DNA of 25,035 nt, from positions 1 to 25,035 of IMG/VR virus record IMGVR_UViG_3300005805_005355. One strand, written 5' to 3'. This DNA is from a virus. Its lineage: Duplodnaviria > Caudoviricetes. A model generated the notes under the pieces. That model worked only from the letters and a program-made list of their open reading frames with translations. It did not search any database and was not told the origin of the DNA. The translations under genes and the position numbers were made by a program. Positions 1 to 8,947 of this stretch are shown piece after piece. The first letter of the stretch is position 1. Each line of letters begins with the position of its first letter.

Positions 1-20
1 ACTTATTGGGATAATTTAAA

Positions 21-49
21 TTGACGAAAAAGTGGTTTTGTATTAAACT
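21..49 (+). promoter_or_regulatory. sigma70-type promoter for tilS, likely leaderless transcript
   Basis: TTGACG (21-26), 17-nt spacer, TAAACT (44-49); ATG at 56 lies 7 nt downstream with no SD. Confidence 0.6.
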
Positions 50-55
50 TCATGC

Positions 56-646
56 ATGATTAAATTACTTTTTCCAATGCCAAAACAGGTCACAGTTGCA
101 TTCAGCGGCGGTGTGGATAGTGTTGCCGTTGTGGACTTCTTGTCCAAAAAACATGATGTAACTTGTGCCTTCTTTCATCATGGTACAGATAATAGCGAAC
201 GGGCATTAAAGTTTGTTAGTCATTTCTGTTCTGATAGAAATTTTCCTATGTTTTTGGGTATACTTAATCGTGACAAACCCAGTGACATGAGCTATGAAGA
301 ATTTTGGCGTGAGGAGCGTTATCAGTATTTGAGTACACTGGGACCAGTCATTACTGCTCACCATTTAGATGATTGTGTAGAAACATATCTTTGGTCAGCA
401 ATGCATGGTAAGCCTAAAGTACCTAAACTTGTACGCGGTAATGTTATTCGGCCGTTTCTTACTACACCAAAAAGTGAGTTTATTGACTGGTGTAAAAGAA
501 AAGATTTAGAATGGTGTGAGGACCTTAGTAATGAAGATGAACGGTATACACGCAACTATATCCGTAAAAATCTAGTACCCCATGCGTTCAAAGTAAACCC
601 TGGTCTATACAAAACTGTGAAGAAAATTATTGAGAAGAACCTTTAA
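56..646 (+). CDS. tilS: tRNA(Ile)-lysidine synthase, minimal catalytic domain only
   Basis: PP-loop AFSGGVDS, R..RY, TAHHLDDCVET, IRPFL, EDLSNE..YTRNYIR; 196 aa, lacks the C-terminal tRNA-binding domains. Confidence 0.85.
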   Translation: MIKLLFPMPKQVTVAFSGGVDSVAVVDFLSKKHDVTCAFFHHGTDNSERALKFVSHFCSDRNFPMFLGILNRDKPSDMSYEEFWREERYQYLSTLGPVITAHHLDDCVETYLWSAMHGKPKVPKLVRGNVIRPFLTTPKSEFIDWCKRKDLEWCEDLSNEDERYTRNYIRKNLVPHAFKVNPGLYKTVKKIIEKNL

Positions 647-935
647 ATTCATTATACGTTCGCACGATTTCTAAATTATTAGGATCGTGCTTTTTATTAT
701 ATGGCACAGGTAGATTTTGCCATTCATCTTCACTTACATCACAAGTAATTAATATTTCATATTTGTGACCATCACTTGTGTAAAGTTCTAAGTTTTCTAA
801 TCCAATCACACTTTTACTTGCCTTAATTAATGCTTCCCCAAGTGTTTTAAGTGCCTGCTTTTCTCCAATAATAAACGCACGACCATTTGGTCCATTATGG
901 TTGTGCATATGAAGTCTAGCCTTAGCGTTATGCAT
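627..935 (-). CDS. hypothetical protein
   Basis: 102 aa ORF overlapping the dnaE stop (coupled) and converging on tilS. Confidence 0.65.
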   Translation of the reverse strand: MHNAKARLHMHNHNGPNGRAFIIGEKQALKTLGEALIKASKSVIGLENLELYTSDGHKYEILITCDVSEDEWQNLPVPYNKKHDPNNLEIVRTYNEFKGSSQ

Positions 936-2340
936 TTAATATGTCCTTTAGTTTAAAGCGTTTATGCTTGTTAACTGTAACATATTCTGTGTTGTTTTTG
1001 TAGCCTAATTTACCCACACCCCACACTATAGGTTGATCATGAAAAGAACAAGCGTGAGGAATAATAACATCTAAGTAACGTCCATTACCTGTACCCAAAG
1101 TAACAAATGTAATATACTCTTTTGGCTTGCTTTTAAACACACGATAATTAGCTACCAATCCGCAAAACTCCACCTCACCTGGTTTACGTATTTCTGTGCA
1201 TACAGGTAAAAACTTTTTACTATGCCAATGACCTTTAGATAATAATTCATTAACTTCATTGCCTTCATATATCGTTGGAATGGCTCCTGCTAATTTAGCT
1301 TCATGGTGATATACCCAATGACTATAACTTCCCTGACAATGCTTCAATGTAGCACGCCAAAATTTTTCAGGATTATGTGCTTTCTGATAAGCAATGGCCC
1401 ATATCAATCTACCCAAGTTAATAGCATGAGCACGGCACAATCCAAAATTACTTAGTTCACGTAGTGCAAAAAAGATTTCATTTTTATGTTCATGGTCACC
1501 CATCATTGTCATAAATTCAAAAATCTTTTCTTCATTCTTTTTTGCAAACGCTCTACGCCACATATCTGCCTCATACTGGTTACAGCCTAATAATTTACTA
1601 ATAAGAATAATGGCATCATCTTCAAACACAATTGTATTTTCAAAATTGTCTTTACTCCAATCTTGAAAGAAACTTGCCTTTCTACGTCCTTGTGTAGCAA
1701 CTGGTCTAATCAATGCTGTAGCCAACACACAATCTTCACGGCGTTTAGGTTTGATTGCTCTAAGCAGTCTACGCATGGCAGGGCTTTCGGCTTGTGTTAC
1801 CCCAAGTACGTTGCCACTACTCAACAACTCGGCTGTTTTTTCATCGTACTCAGGATAATCTAATAAATTCATGTTTGGTTCTATCTCAAACAATTGACTT
1901 AAGCCACGATTGGCTAATATATCAATTTTGAAATGTTCTAAATCTTCTATTTCATATTTGTCTAGTAGGATTTGATTCTCTGCATTGATTAAACTTTTAG
2001 GTACTGGTCTATCAAATATTAGTATTCCACCACAATGCTTACTAATACAACGTTTTTTACCTAATAATTTATTTGCCAATCTTTTAGCATCATCGGCAAA
2101 TTCAGGTACAACTTTTTCTAAATCTACATTACGGGGTAGTCTACCTTTAGCACCAAATCTTTTTGCTGCCTCACGCACAGCACTTTTTTCTTTATATGTT
2201 ACATAGTTGCTGACTCTAGCACTCTGACCTTTCCATTTACTAAAGATACGATTCATAACCGTTTCTTGTTGATAGTGTGGGAAGTCCAAATCAATATCGG
2301 GTAAGTCATCACGCTTTGGGTTCATAAATCTTGATTCCAT
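928..2340 (-). CDS. dnaE: DNA polymerase III alpha (DnaE/family C)-like protein, N-terminally truncated (no PHP domain, no GRGS motif)
   Basis: RFMNPKRDDLPDIDLDF, KHCGGI, KIDILANRGL, GVTQAES, ALIRP, ADMWRRAF, RAHA..AYQKAHNP, C-terminal OB-like segment. Start placed at 2340 (AAGGT upstream) rather than 2391. Confidence 0.8.
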   Translation of the reverse strand: MESRFMNPKRDDLPDIDLDFPHYQQETVMNRIFSKWKGQSARVSNYVTYKEKSAVREAAKRFGAKGRLPRNVDLEKVVPEFADDAKRLANKLLGKKRCISKHCGGILIFDRPVPKSLINAENQILLDKYEIEDLEHFKIDILANRGLSQLFEIEPNMNLLDYPEYDEKTAELLSSGNVLGVTQAESPAMRRLLRAIKPKRREDCVLATALIRPVATQGRRKASFFQDWSKDNFENTIVFEDDAIILISKLLGCNQYEADMWRRAFAKKNEEKIFEFMTMMGDHEHKNEIFFALRELSNFGLCRAHAINLGRLIWAIAYQKAHNPEKFWRATLKHCQGSYSHWVYHHEAKLAGAIPTIYEGNEVNELLSKGHWHSKKFLPVCTEIRKPGEVEFCGLVANYRVFKSKPKEYITFVTLGTGNGRYLDVIIPHACSFHDQPIVWGVGKLGYKNNTEYVTVNKHKRFKLKDILNA

Positions 2341-2368
2341 ATTTAACCTTAAGATGGTCTTAAAAACA

Positions 2369-2374
2369 TATTTA
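2369..2374 (-). promoter_or_regulatory. TAAATA late-promoter-like motif upstream of dnaE
   Basis: Reads CAATAAATA on the - strand about 30 nt upstream of ATG 2340; resembles the T4-type late element TATAAATA. Confidence 0.4.
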
Positions 2375-2416
2375 TTGGGTAAATTATCCATTTATAAAAT
2401 TTTTATCGCAAAATAT

Positions 2417-2445
2417 TTGACTTTGTTGCACAGACCATATATAAT
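2417..2445 (+). promoter_or_regulatory. near-consensus sigma70 promoter
   Basis: TTGACT (2417-2422), 17 nt, TATAAT (2440-2445); AAGGAG SD before ATG 2470. Confidence 0.8.
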
Positions 2446-2469
2446 AAATTACTTTTACAAGGAGAAACA

Positions 2470-2733
2470 ATGACAGCAGCTAAAACTTTTTCTGGCGATC
2501 AAAAGATCAAACTTACCCAACTTATCAACGAGGGTATGGCTGTAATGAACGAAATCGATACATTGCAAGGTGGACTAACAGACACAATCAAAGCAGTTGC
2601 AGAAGAATTGGAAGTTAAGCCCAGCGTACTTAAAAAAGCTATTCGTATTGCACACAAGGCTAGCTTGACACAAACTAACCAAGAACATGAAGATTTGAAT
2701 ACTATTCTTGAGGCTGTTGGTAAAACTCTATGA
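2470..2733 (+). CDS. small dsDNA-binding protein, T4 DsbA/GapR-like
   Basis: 87 aa helical protein; pattern IKAVAEELEVKPSVLKKAIRIAHK resembles T4 DsbA/DUF2312; strong SD. Confidence 0.6.
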   Translation: MTAAKTFSGDQKIKLTQLINEGMAVMNEIDTLQGGLTDTIKAVAEELEVKPSVLKKAIRIAHKASLTQTNQEHEDLNTILEAVGKTL

Positions 2734-3524
2734 CCACACCTCGTCCAATTGAAGAATATTGGAGTGAGGTTGGCTCGTATAACCCATTGAAAATAAGTAG
2801 ACCTAATAACATTGCGGTCTTGCTTAAAATATTTATTGAAAATTATGCCCCTGAAAATCACAGGGCAAAATTAAATGAATATTTTTATAAATCTCACGCT
2901 CAGATTTATCAGGATCTGATTGTATTGATGTTATTAAATTGGAAAACTCACGGATACTTTGTTGAGTTTGGAGCTACAGACGGTTACGATATTAGTAATA
3001 CGTACCTGTTAGAAAAAGAATTTAATTGGACAGGTATAGTTGCAGAGCCTGCGAAACAATGGCATGATAAACTTGCTGTTAATAGAAAGTGTAATATTGA
3101 CCATAGCGTTGTTTGGAGAGCAAACGAGCTGGTAATGTTCAACGAGAGACACCGCGGAGATGCTAGCGTAGCTGTTGAATATCTCAATCAGGCTGATGAA
3201 CCCACTGGATTTGATATACTTGAGCAATATGAATTACCGGGAATCACGTTAACCAGTTTATTGGACAAGCATAATGCACCGCGTGATATTGATTACATTT
3301 CAATGGATACAGAAGGTAATGAAATTCAAATTTTAGAAAATTTCGATTTTTCAAAATATAAGGTAAAATTCTTCACTATTGAACATAACCAAAAAGAGCA
3401 CAATAGAAAAAGAATTTACGATTTGCTTTCTACAAAAGGTTACGATAGAATTTTAGGTCATATATCCAATTGGGATGACTATTACATATTAAAAGAGTAT
3501 AATATATTCAATGAGCTACGTTGA
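2730..3524 (+). CDS. FkbM-family SAM methyltransferase
   Basis: FVEFGATDG..ISNTY, WTGIVAEP, IDYISMDTEGNE, FTIEHN. Confidence 0.85.
   Translation: MTTPRPIEEYWSEVGSYNPLKISRPNNIAVLLKIFIENYAPENHRAKLNEYFYKSHAQIYQDLIVLMLLNWKTHGYFVEFGATDGYDISNTYLLEKEFNWTGIVAEPAKQWHDKLAVNRKCNIDHSVVWRANELVMFNERHRGDASVAVEYLNQADEPTGFDILEQYELPGITLTSLLDKHNAPRDIDYISMDTEGNEIQILENFDFSKYKVKFFTIEHNQKEHNRKRIYDLLSTKGYDRILGHISNWDDYYILKEYNIFNELR
3475..3503 (+). promoter_or_regulatory. possible internal promoter for the polymerase gene (leaderless)
   Basis: ATGACT (3475-3480), 17 nt, TATAAT (3498-3503); ATG at 3511. Confidence 0.45.
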
Positions 3525-6222
3525 CGCAATACACGACAGAGATGGTGACCGCATTTATGTGGTTGAACGTACGCCTGAGGGGAAACGTACATACAAAGAA
3601 TATCCTTGTAATTATACTTTCTACTATTCTGATTTAAAGGGCAAGTATCGCAGTTTGTTTGGTGATCCAGTAAGTAAGTTTAGTAGTCGTAAACGTGCTG
3701 AGTTTGAAAAAGAACGACGGATACATGCAAATAAAAAATTATTTGAAAGCGACATTAATATTGTATTTCGTTGCCTTTCAGAAAATTATCTTAAAGTAGA
3801 ACCTCCAAAACTAAACACAGCATTCTTTGACATTGAGGTTGACTTTGACCCTGAAAAGGGTTTTAGTCCTACTAGTGACCCTTTTAATCCTGTTACTGCA
3901 ATCAGTCTTTATTTGGATTGGCTTGACCAACTAGTTACATTAGTTATGCCTCCCAAACATATGAGTGACGAGACTGCTACAGAAATATGTAATCAGTTTG
4001 ATAACTGTTTGATGTTCCGTAGTGAGATAGAAATGTTTGAAACATTCTTCCAACTCATAGAAGATGCTGATGTATTGACTGGTTGGAACTCAGAGGGCTA
4101 TGACATACCCTATATGGTCAATCGTGTCACACGTGTAATGAGCAAAGACGATACACGTAAGTTTTGCTTAATGGGTCAGATGCCTAAGCCAAGAGTTTAT
4201 GAACGTTTTGGTAAAGAAGAAACAACATTTGACTTGGTTGGTCGTGTTCACATGGACTATCTACAGTTGTATAAGAAGTACAACTATGAAAGTCGCCATA
4301 GTTATTCACTAGACGCTATTGGCGAAATGGAAGTTGGTGAACGCAAAACACAATACGAAGGTACACTTGACCAGTTGTATAACAAAGACTTTAAAACATT
4401 TATCCAGTATAACAGACAGGATACAATGTTGATGGTTAAGATTCACAATAAACTTAAGTTTTTAGATTTGGCTAACGCACTAGCACATGAAAATACTGTG
4501 CTACTGCCAACTGTCATGGGGTCTGTTGCAATGATTGAAATGGCAATCATGAACGAGGCTCATGAGCGAGGTCTGGTCGTTCCAGACAAAAAACGAAAGG
4601 AAGCAAATGGTGATGAACAACAAGCGGCAGGTGCCTATGTTGCTACGCCCAAAAGGGGCATACACGAATGGGTCGGGGCAGTCGATATCAACAGTCTCTA
4701 TCCGTCAGCAATCCGCGCTCTTAACATGGCCCCGGAGACCATTGTCGGACAGGTTAGACAAACACTTACTAACCAATACATGCACGACAAAGGTAGAAAA
4801 CTAGCAAGTGAAAAGAAACGTGCTAAAGATGATGACGAAGTAACAGGTAGTATCTTGTGGGAAGGATTGTTTGGTAGCTTAGAATACACAGCAATCATGA
4901 ACCAAGAACGTGGTACTATGCTTACACTTGACTATGAAAATGGTGACAGTGTAGAAATGAGTGCCGCCGAATTGTGGAAGCTTATCTTTGACAGTCACAA
5001 GCCATATATACTTTCAGCGAATGGCACAATCTTTCGTAGTGATCAAGAAGGTGTGATTCCAGGACTGCTTACACGTTGGTATACAGAACGTAAATCAATT
5101 CAAAAGCAGGCTAAGGAAAGTTATGGAACCGACATGTTTGAATATTACGACAAGCGACAACTTGTACGTAAGATTTTGCTTAACTCGGCATATGGTGCAT
5201 TGTTGAATGAACATTGTCGTTTTTATGACAAACGCATTGGTCAAAGTGTTACGTTGAGTGGTCGTCAAATTGTTAAGCACATGATGAGTACAATCAACGA
5301 AGTTGTTGCGGGGCAATATGATCACAATGGTCCCGCAATCGTGTATGGTGATACTGATTCATGCTATTTTACTGCGTACCCTATTCTCAAAGAACAAATT
5401 GATAAAGGTGAGTTAGAGTGGAATAAGGATGCGTGTGTTCAGGTATATGACACTATTGCTGAACAAACTAACGAAACGTTCCCTGCGTTTATGGAACGTG
5501 CGTTTCATGCTCCTCGTAAGAATGGCGCTATCATCAAAGCTGGTCGTGAATTGATCGGTGATCGTAGTATTTTTATTACTAAGAAACGTTATGCTATCAA
5601 CATCTTTGACAAAGAAGGTAAGCGTAAAGACAAAGATGGTAAACTAGGTGATATCAAGGCTATGGGTCTTGATTTGAAACGTGCTGATACTCCTAAGTAC
5701 GTACAAGAATTCTTAATGCGTGTTTTGAGTATGGTTATACAAGAAGGTAAACAAAGAGAGGACATTATTGAAGCCATCAAAGACTTTAAAAAGATTTTGT
5801 CTGCTCAGGATAGTTGGACTAAAGGTAGTCCTAAATCTGTCAACAAACTTACCTATTATGAAGAACTTGAAAAGTCTAGTCCAACAGGTCGTGCCAACAT
5901 GCCCGGTCACGTTCGCGGTGCATTGAATTACAACTATCTACGTAAAGCAAATAGTGATAATTATTCTATGAAAATTGTAGATGGTATGAAAGTCATTGTT
6001 TGTAAATTAAAACCTAACCCATTGAACTTTACAAGTATCGCATATCCAACTGATGAATTACGTTTGCCAAAATGGTTTTGTGAGCTTCCATTTGATGATA
6101 ATGAAATGGAACGTACTCTTGTAGACGAAAAAATAGAAAACTTATTGGGTGTATTAAACTGGGATCTTAGAGACAATACGAACACTAATAGCACATTTGA
6201 TGATTTATTTTCATTCGGCTAA
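3511..6222 (+). CDS. family B DNA polymerase with 3'-5' exonuclease (gp43-like)
   Basis: ExoI FDIEV, ExoII GWNSEGYDIPY, ExoIII YNRQD; polymerase motifs DINSLYPS, KILLNSAYG, YGDTDS, KKRYA; C-terminal FDDLFSFG tail. Confidence 0.97.
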   Translation: MSYVDAIHDRDGDRIYVVERTPEGKRTYKEYPCNYTFYYSDLKGKYRSLFGDPVSKFSSRKRAEFEKERRIHANKKLFESDINIVFRCLSENYLKVEPPKLNTAFFDIEVDFDPEKGFSPTSDPFNPVTAISLYLDWLDQLVTLVMPPKHMSDETATEICNQFDNCLMFRSEIEMFETFFQLIEDADVLTGWNSEGYDIPYMVNRVTRVMSKDDTRKFCLMGQMPKPRVYERFGKEETTFDLVGRVHMDYLQLYKKYNYESRHSYSLDAIGEMEVGERKTQYEGTLDQLYNKDFKTFIQYNRQDTMLMVKIHNKLKFLDLANALAHENTVLLPTVMGSVAMIEMAIMNEAHERGLVVPDKKRKEANGDEQQAAGAYVATPKRGIHEWVGAVDINSLYPSAIRALNMAPETIVGQVRQTLTNQYMHDKGRKLASEKKRAKDDDEVTGSILWEGLFGSLEYTAIMNQERGTMLTLDYENGDSVEMSAAELWKLIFDSHKPYILSANGTIFRSDQEGVIPGLLTRWYTERKSIQKQAKESYGTDMFEYYDKRQLVRKILLNSAYGALLNEHCRFYDKRIGQSVTLSGRQIVKHMMSTINEVVAGQYDHNGPAIVYGDTDSCYFTAYPILKEQIDKGELEWNKDACVQVYDTIAEQTNETFPAFMERAFHAPRKNGAIIKAGRELIGDRSIFITKKRYAINIFDKEGKRKDKDGKLGDIKAMGLDLKRADTPKYVQEFLMRVLSMVIQEGKQREDIIEAIKDFKKILSAQDSWTKGSPKSVNKLTYYEELEKSSPTGRANMPGHVRGALNYNYLRKANSDNYSMKIVDGMKVIVCKLKPNPLNFTSIAYPTDELRLPKWFCELPFDDNEMERTLVDEKIENLLGVLNWDLRDNTNTNSTFDDLFSFG

Positions 6223-6230
6223 ACTAGTTG

Positions 6231-6281
6231 TTGACATTCGCAATAAATTCCATTATATTACACGCTATAGATGCCTAAATA
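6231..6281 (+). promoter_or_regulatory. sigma70 promoter plus TAAATA motif upstream of the clamp gene
   Basis: TTGACA (6231-6236), 17 nt, TATATT (6254-6259); TAAATA at 6276-6281; AAAGGA SD. Confidence 0.65.
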
Positions 6282-6302
6282 TCTAACACATAAAGGATTA
6301 AC

Positions 6303-7034
6303 ATGAAAGATTATTTACTCGACCTCATTCAACACACACATGGACTAGGTGAAATTGACCTAGTTAAAATTACAGGAACTGAAAAAGAAACACAGATTAA
6401 TGCTGTTGCCGAAAACAAGTCTGTTGTTGTCAGTGGCACATTTAAAGCTCCTGTTGCTGATTTCATTGGCACTTTTGGTATGCCTAATTTGGGTAAGCTT
6501 AAGACAATTGTTGGCTTTGACGAATACGATGAACACTCAAAGATTAATGTAACACGTACTAAACGTGACAATGAAGACGTACCCACTACGATTCACTTTG
6601 AAACAAAGAATGGTGATTTTGTTAATGATTATCGTTTGATGACCAAGAGCATTGTCGAAGAAAAAGTTCGCACATTGATGTTTAAGGGTGCTACTTGGAA
6701 CGTTGAGTTTGAACCAAGCGTTGCAGGTATTATGCGGTTAAAGAAACAAGCTAGTGCTAACAGCGAAGAACAACATTTTACAATGACTACAGTTGGTTCT
6801 GATCTTAAGATTAACTTTGGGGATCCTAGTACTCATAGTGGTAATTTTGTATTCCATGCAGGTGTTACTGGCAAACTTGCCCAGCCATGGAAGTGGCCTG
6901 TTAAGGTATTTCAGTCTATCATGGATTTGCCCGGTGACAAAACTGTTAAGATTGCCGATCAAGGTGCTACTGAAATCACAGTTGATAGTCCATTTGCAAC
7001 TTATAAATATCTTCTTCCTGCACAAAGCAAATGA
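6303..7034 (+). CDS. probable DNA sliding clamp (gp45/PCNA-like)
   Basis: 243 aa (two-domain clamp size), directly after the polymerase, alternating beta/alpha pattern, ends YKYLLPA like clamp C-termini. Confidence 0.6.
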   Translation: MKDYLLDLIQHTHGLGEIDLVKITGTEKETQINAVAENKSVVVSGTFKAPVADFIGTFGMPNLGKLKTIVGFDEYDEHSKINVTRTKRDNEDVPTTIHFETKNGDFVNDYRLMTKSIVEEKVRTLMFKGATWNVEFEPSVAGIMRLKKQASANSEEQHFTMTTVGSDLKINFGDPSTHSGNFVFHAGVTGKLAQPWKWPVKVFQSIMDLPGDKTVKIADQGATEITVDSPFATYKYLLPAQSK

Positions 7035-7402
7035 TTAAGAACCTATCAGGTGGTCCAGGCATTATAGTACACGGTGGTAATAGTTCATATCCATATGTGA
7101 ATATGAGTCACCCCAGTGCAGGTATGGTTAGATATAATGGTAGTAATCAAACCTTAGAAGTATATGATGGTTCAAGTTGGATGACTATGAGTGGTAATTA
7201 TACTACACTAGAATTAGACGCTGATACTAGGTCGTTGCTTGAATGGGCTAGGGCTAAACGTGCTGAAGAAGAATATCTGAAAAAAGAAGCAGAAACTAAT
7301 CCAACCATTAAAGATTTAATTGTCCAGCGTAATCAAATTGATGATAAAATTACAATGGTTAAAACATTATTGAAAAATGAATGTAAGGTTTGTGAAGTTT
7401 AA
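7031..7402 (+). CDS. hypothetical protein
   Basis: 123 aa, ATGA overlap; GMVRYN..LEVYDGSSW motif then coiled coil. Confidence 0.7.
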   Translation: MIKNLSGGPGIIVHGGNSSYPYVNMSHPSAGMVRYNGSNQTLEVYDGSSWMTMSGNYTTLELDADTRSLLEWARAKRAEEEYLKKEAETNPTIKDLIVQRNQIDDKITMVKTLLKNECKVCEV

Positions 7403-7410
7403 TAAAGTCT

Positions 7411-8946
7411 ATGATAGAACAAAATAATCTTTCTAACAATCAAAATCCAGATTGGGCGTTGTTTTTGCCTGCTGTATCTAGTTTCTTTATAAGCGGATTA
7501 GGAAAACAACGTGAAGGGGAACAATACTTTGATAAAGCCCGTATTCCTGCAGGCTTCAACGGTGATGTTGAATGTCTTAACTTTCTAAACAGTAAACAAG
7601 GACTTTATACTTACAAATGGGGATTATATAGCGCAGGTCATGCCAACTTAGACCCTACTAAAAATGATAACGCTGAATCTATAATCCGTAAACGTGAACA
7701 AGGTACGTTTATGTTAGGTGACAGCGGAGGTTTTCAGATTTTAAAAGGACAATGGCCAGCTGATTGGAAGGATCCTAACTGTCCTAAAGCTATGGCTAAA
7801 CGTAAAGAAGTATTATTATGGATGGACACATACATGGACTATGGTATGTGTTTGGATGTACCTAGTGAAAGTTATCGCAATACAAAAGCATACGAACAAC
7901 ATAAGATTGCAAATCTGGCAGATGCGGTAAAAGCCACGCATATCAACAATGAATATTTTATTCAACATCGTAATGGCAATTGTAAGTTCCTTAACGTAAT
8001 GCAAGGATTGACACATTCGGATAGTGATAATTGGTACAACGAAATGAAAAAATATTGTGATCCAAATATCTATCCTGATAATCATTTTAATGGTTGGGCA
8101 TTTGGTGGTCAGAACAAAATTGATGTAGATTTAATGCTACGTAGGCTTGTTAATATTATCCATGATGGATTATTAGTAGAAGGAAAGCATGATTTACTGC
8201 ATTGCTTGGGTGTCAGTATTATGGAGTATGCCGTATTGTTTACAGATATACAAAAGGCTATTCGTAAATATCATAATCCCAATTTCAAAATTACATTTGA
8301 CTGTGCAAGTCCTTTCTTTAGTGCAGCCAAAGGTCTAGCGTATTTCAATACCAGTATTGAACACAATAGAAAATGGTCATATAGTATGGAAAAAACTGCT
8401 GAAAATAAAAATTATGCAACTGATAACAGAAAGTTTAGGGACGCTGTATTGGCTGATGGTATCCATGATCTATTTACAGATAGTCCTGTAACTGATAGAA
8501 TGCTTATTAAAGATTTGTGTTACAGAGGTCATGGATTTATTAATAATCAAGGTAAAGAAACAAAAACAAGTTGGGACACATTAAGTTACACATTACTTCA
8601 AGCACATAATGTATACCAGCATATTGTCGCAGTACAAGAAGCTAACCGTCGTTATGAACAAGGTATTATACCAAAAATGTTGATGCGTGAAACTTTTGAA
8701 CGTGAACGTTTTGGTGAGATAGTAGATGAAATTTTTAGATTAAATAATAGAAATAAAAGTCTTGCATTGATTAAAAAGCATGAAAATCTATGGACACAAA
8801 TGCAAAGCGGTAGTCAAGGTTTAAGTGGCAAAAAAACTATTAATGCAATTACGATGTTTAATCAATTATTTGAGAGCACACAATCTGAACCCGAAATTGA
8901 GGAAGAGGATAGTGATGATGAAATGCTAAAAGCATTGGAGGATTGA
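7411..8946 (+). CDS. dpdA: TGT-family guanine transglycosylase, probable DNA-acting DpdA
   Basis: GDSGGFQI, MCLDVP, LNVMQG, GWAFGG, HCLG, TFDCASP, HNV; no CxCxxC zinc motif of tRNA TGTs; folE/queD/queE context. Confidence 0.75.
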   Translation: MIEQNNLSNNQNPDWALFLPAVSSFFISGLGKQREGEQYFDKARIPAGFNGDVECLNFLNSKQGLYTYKWGLYSAGHANLDPTKNDNAESIIRKREQGTFMLGDSGGFQILKGQWPADWKDPNCPKAMAKRKEVLLWMDTYMDYGMCLDVPSESYRNTKAYEQHKIANLADAVKATHINNEYFIQHRNGNCKFLNVMQGLTHSDSDNWYNEMKKYCDPNIYPDNHFNGWAFGGQNKIDVDLMLRRLVNIIHDGLLVEGKHDLLHCLGVSIMEYAVLFTDIQKAIRKYHNPNFKITFDCASPFFSAAKGLAYFNTSIEHNRKWSYSMEKTAENKNYATDNRKFRDAVLADGIHDLFTDSPVTDRMLIKDLCYRGHGFINNQGKETKTSWDTLSYTLLQAHNVYQHIVAVQEANRRYEQGIIPKMLMRETFERERFGEIVDEIFRLNNRNKSLALIKKHENLWTQMQSGSQGLSGKKTINAITMFNQLFESTQSEPEIEEEDSDDEMLKALED

Positions 8947-8947
8947 T

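Noticed and set aside
56-646. PP-loop protein as the missing QueC
   Set aside because: It has TilS motifs (AHHxDD, DxSN, RNxIR) and lacks the QueC Cys zinc motif
2349-2363. Hairpin TTAAGA-TGG-TCTTAA next to the dnaE SD
   Set aside because: AT-rich 6-bp stem with a 3-nt loop, too weak to call
2376-2392. Near-palindrome TGGGTAAATTATCCA with a DnaA-box-like TTATCCA
   Set aside because: Single partial match in AT-rich DNA; no repeat array to suggest an origin
3511-6222. Intein or intron in the polymerase
   Set aside because: Continuous 903-aa frame; the insertion after motif A lacks splice-junction and homing endonuclease motifs
7411-8946. Canonical tRNA TGT
   Set aside because: No CxCxxC zinc site, large insertions, and located beside replication genes; a DNA substrate is favoured but unproven
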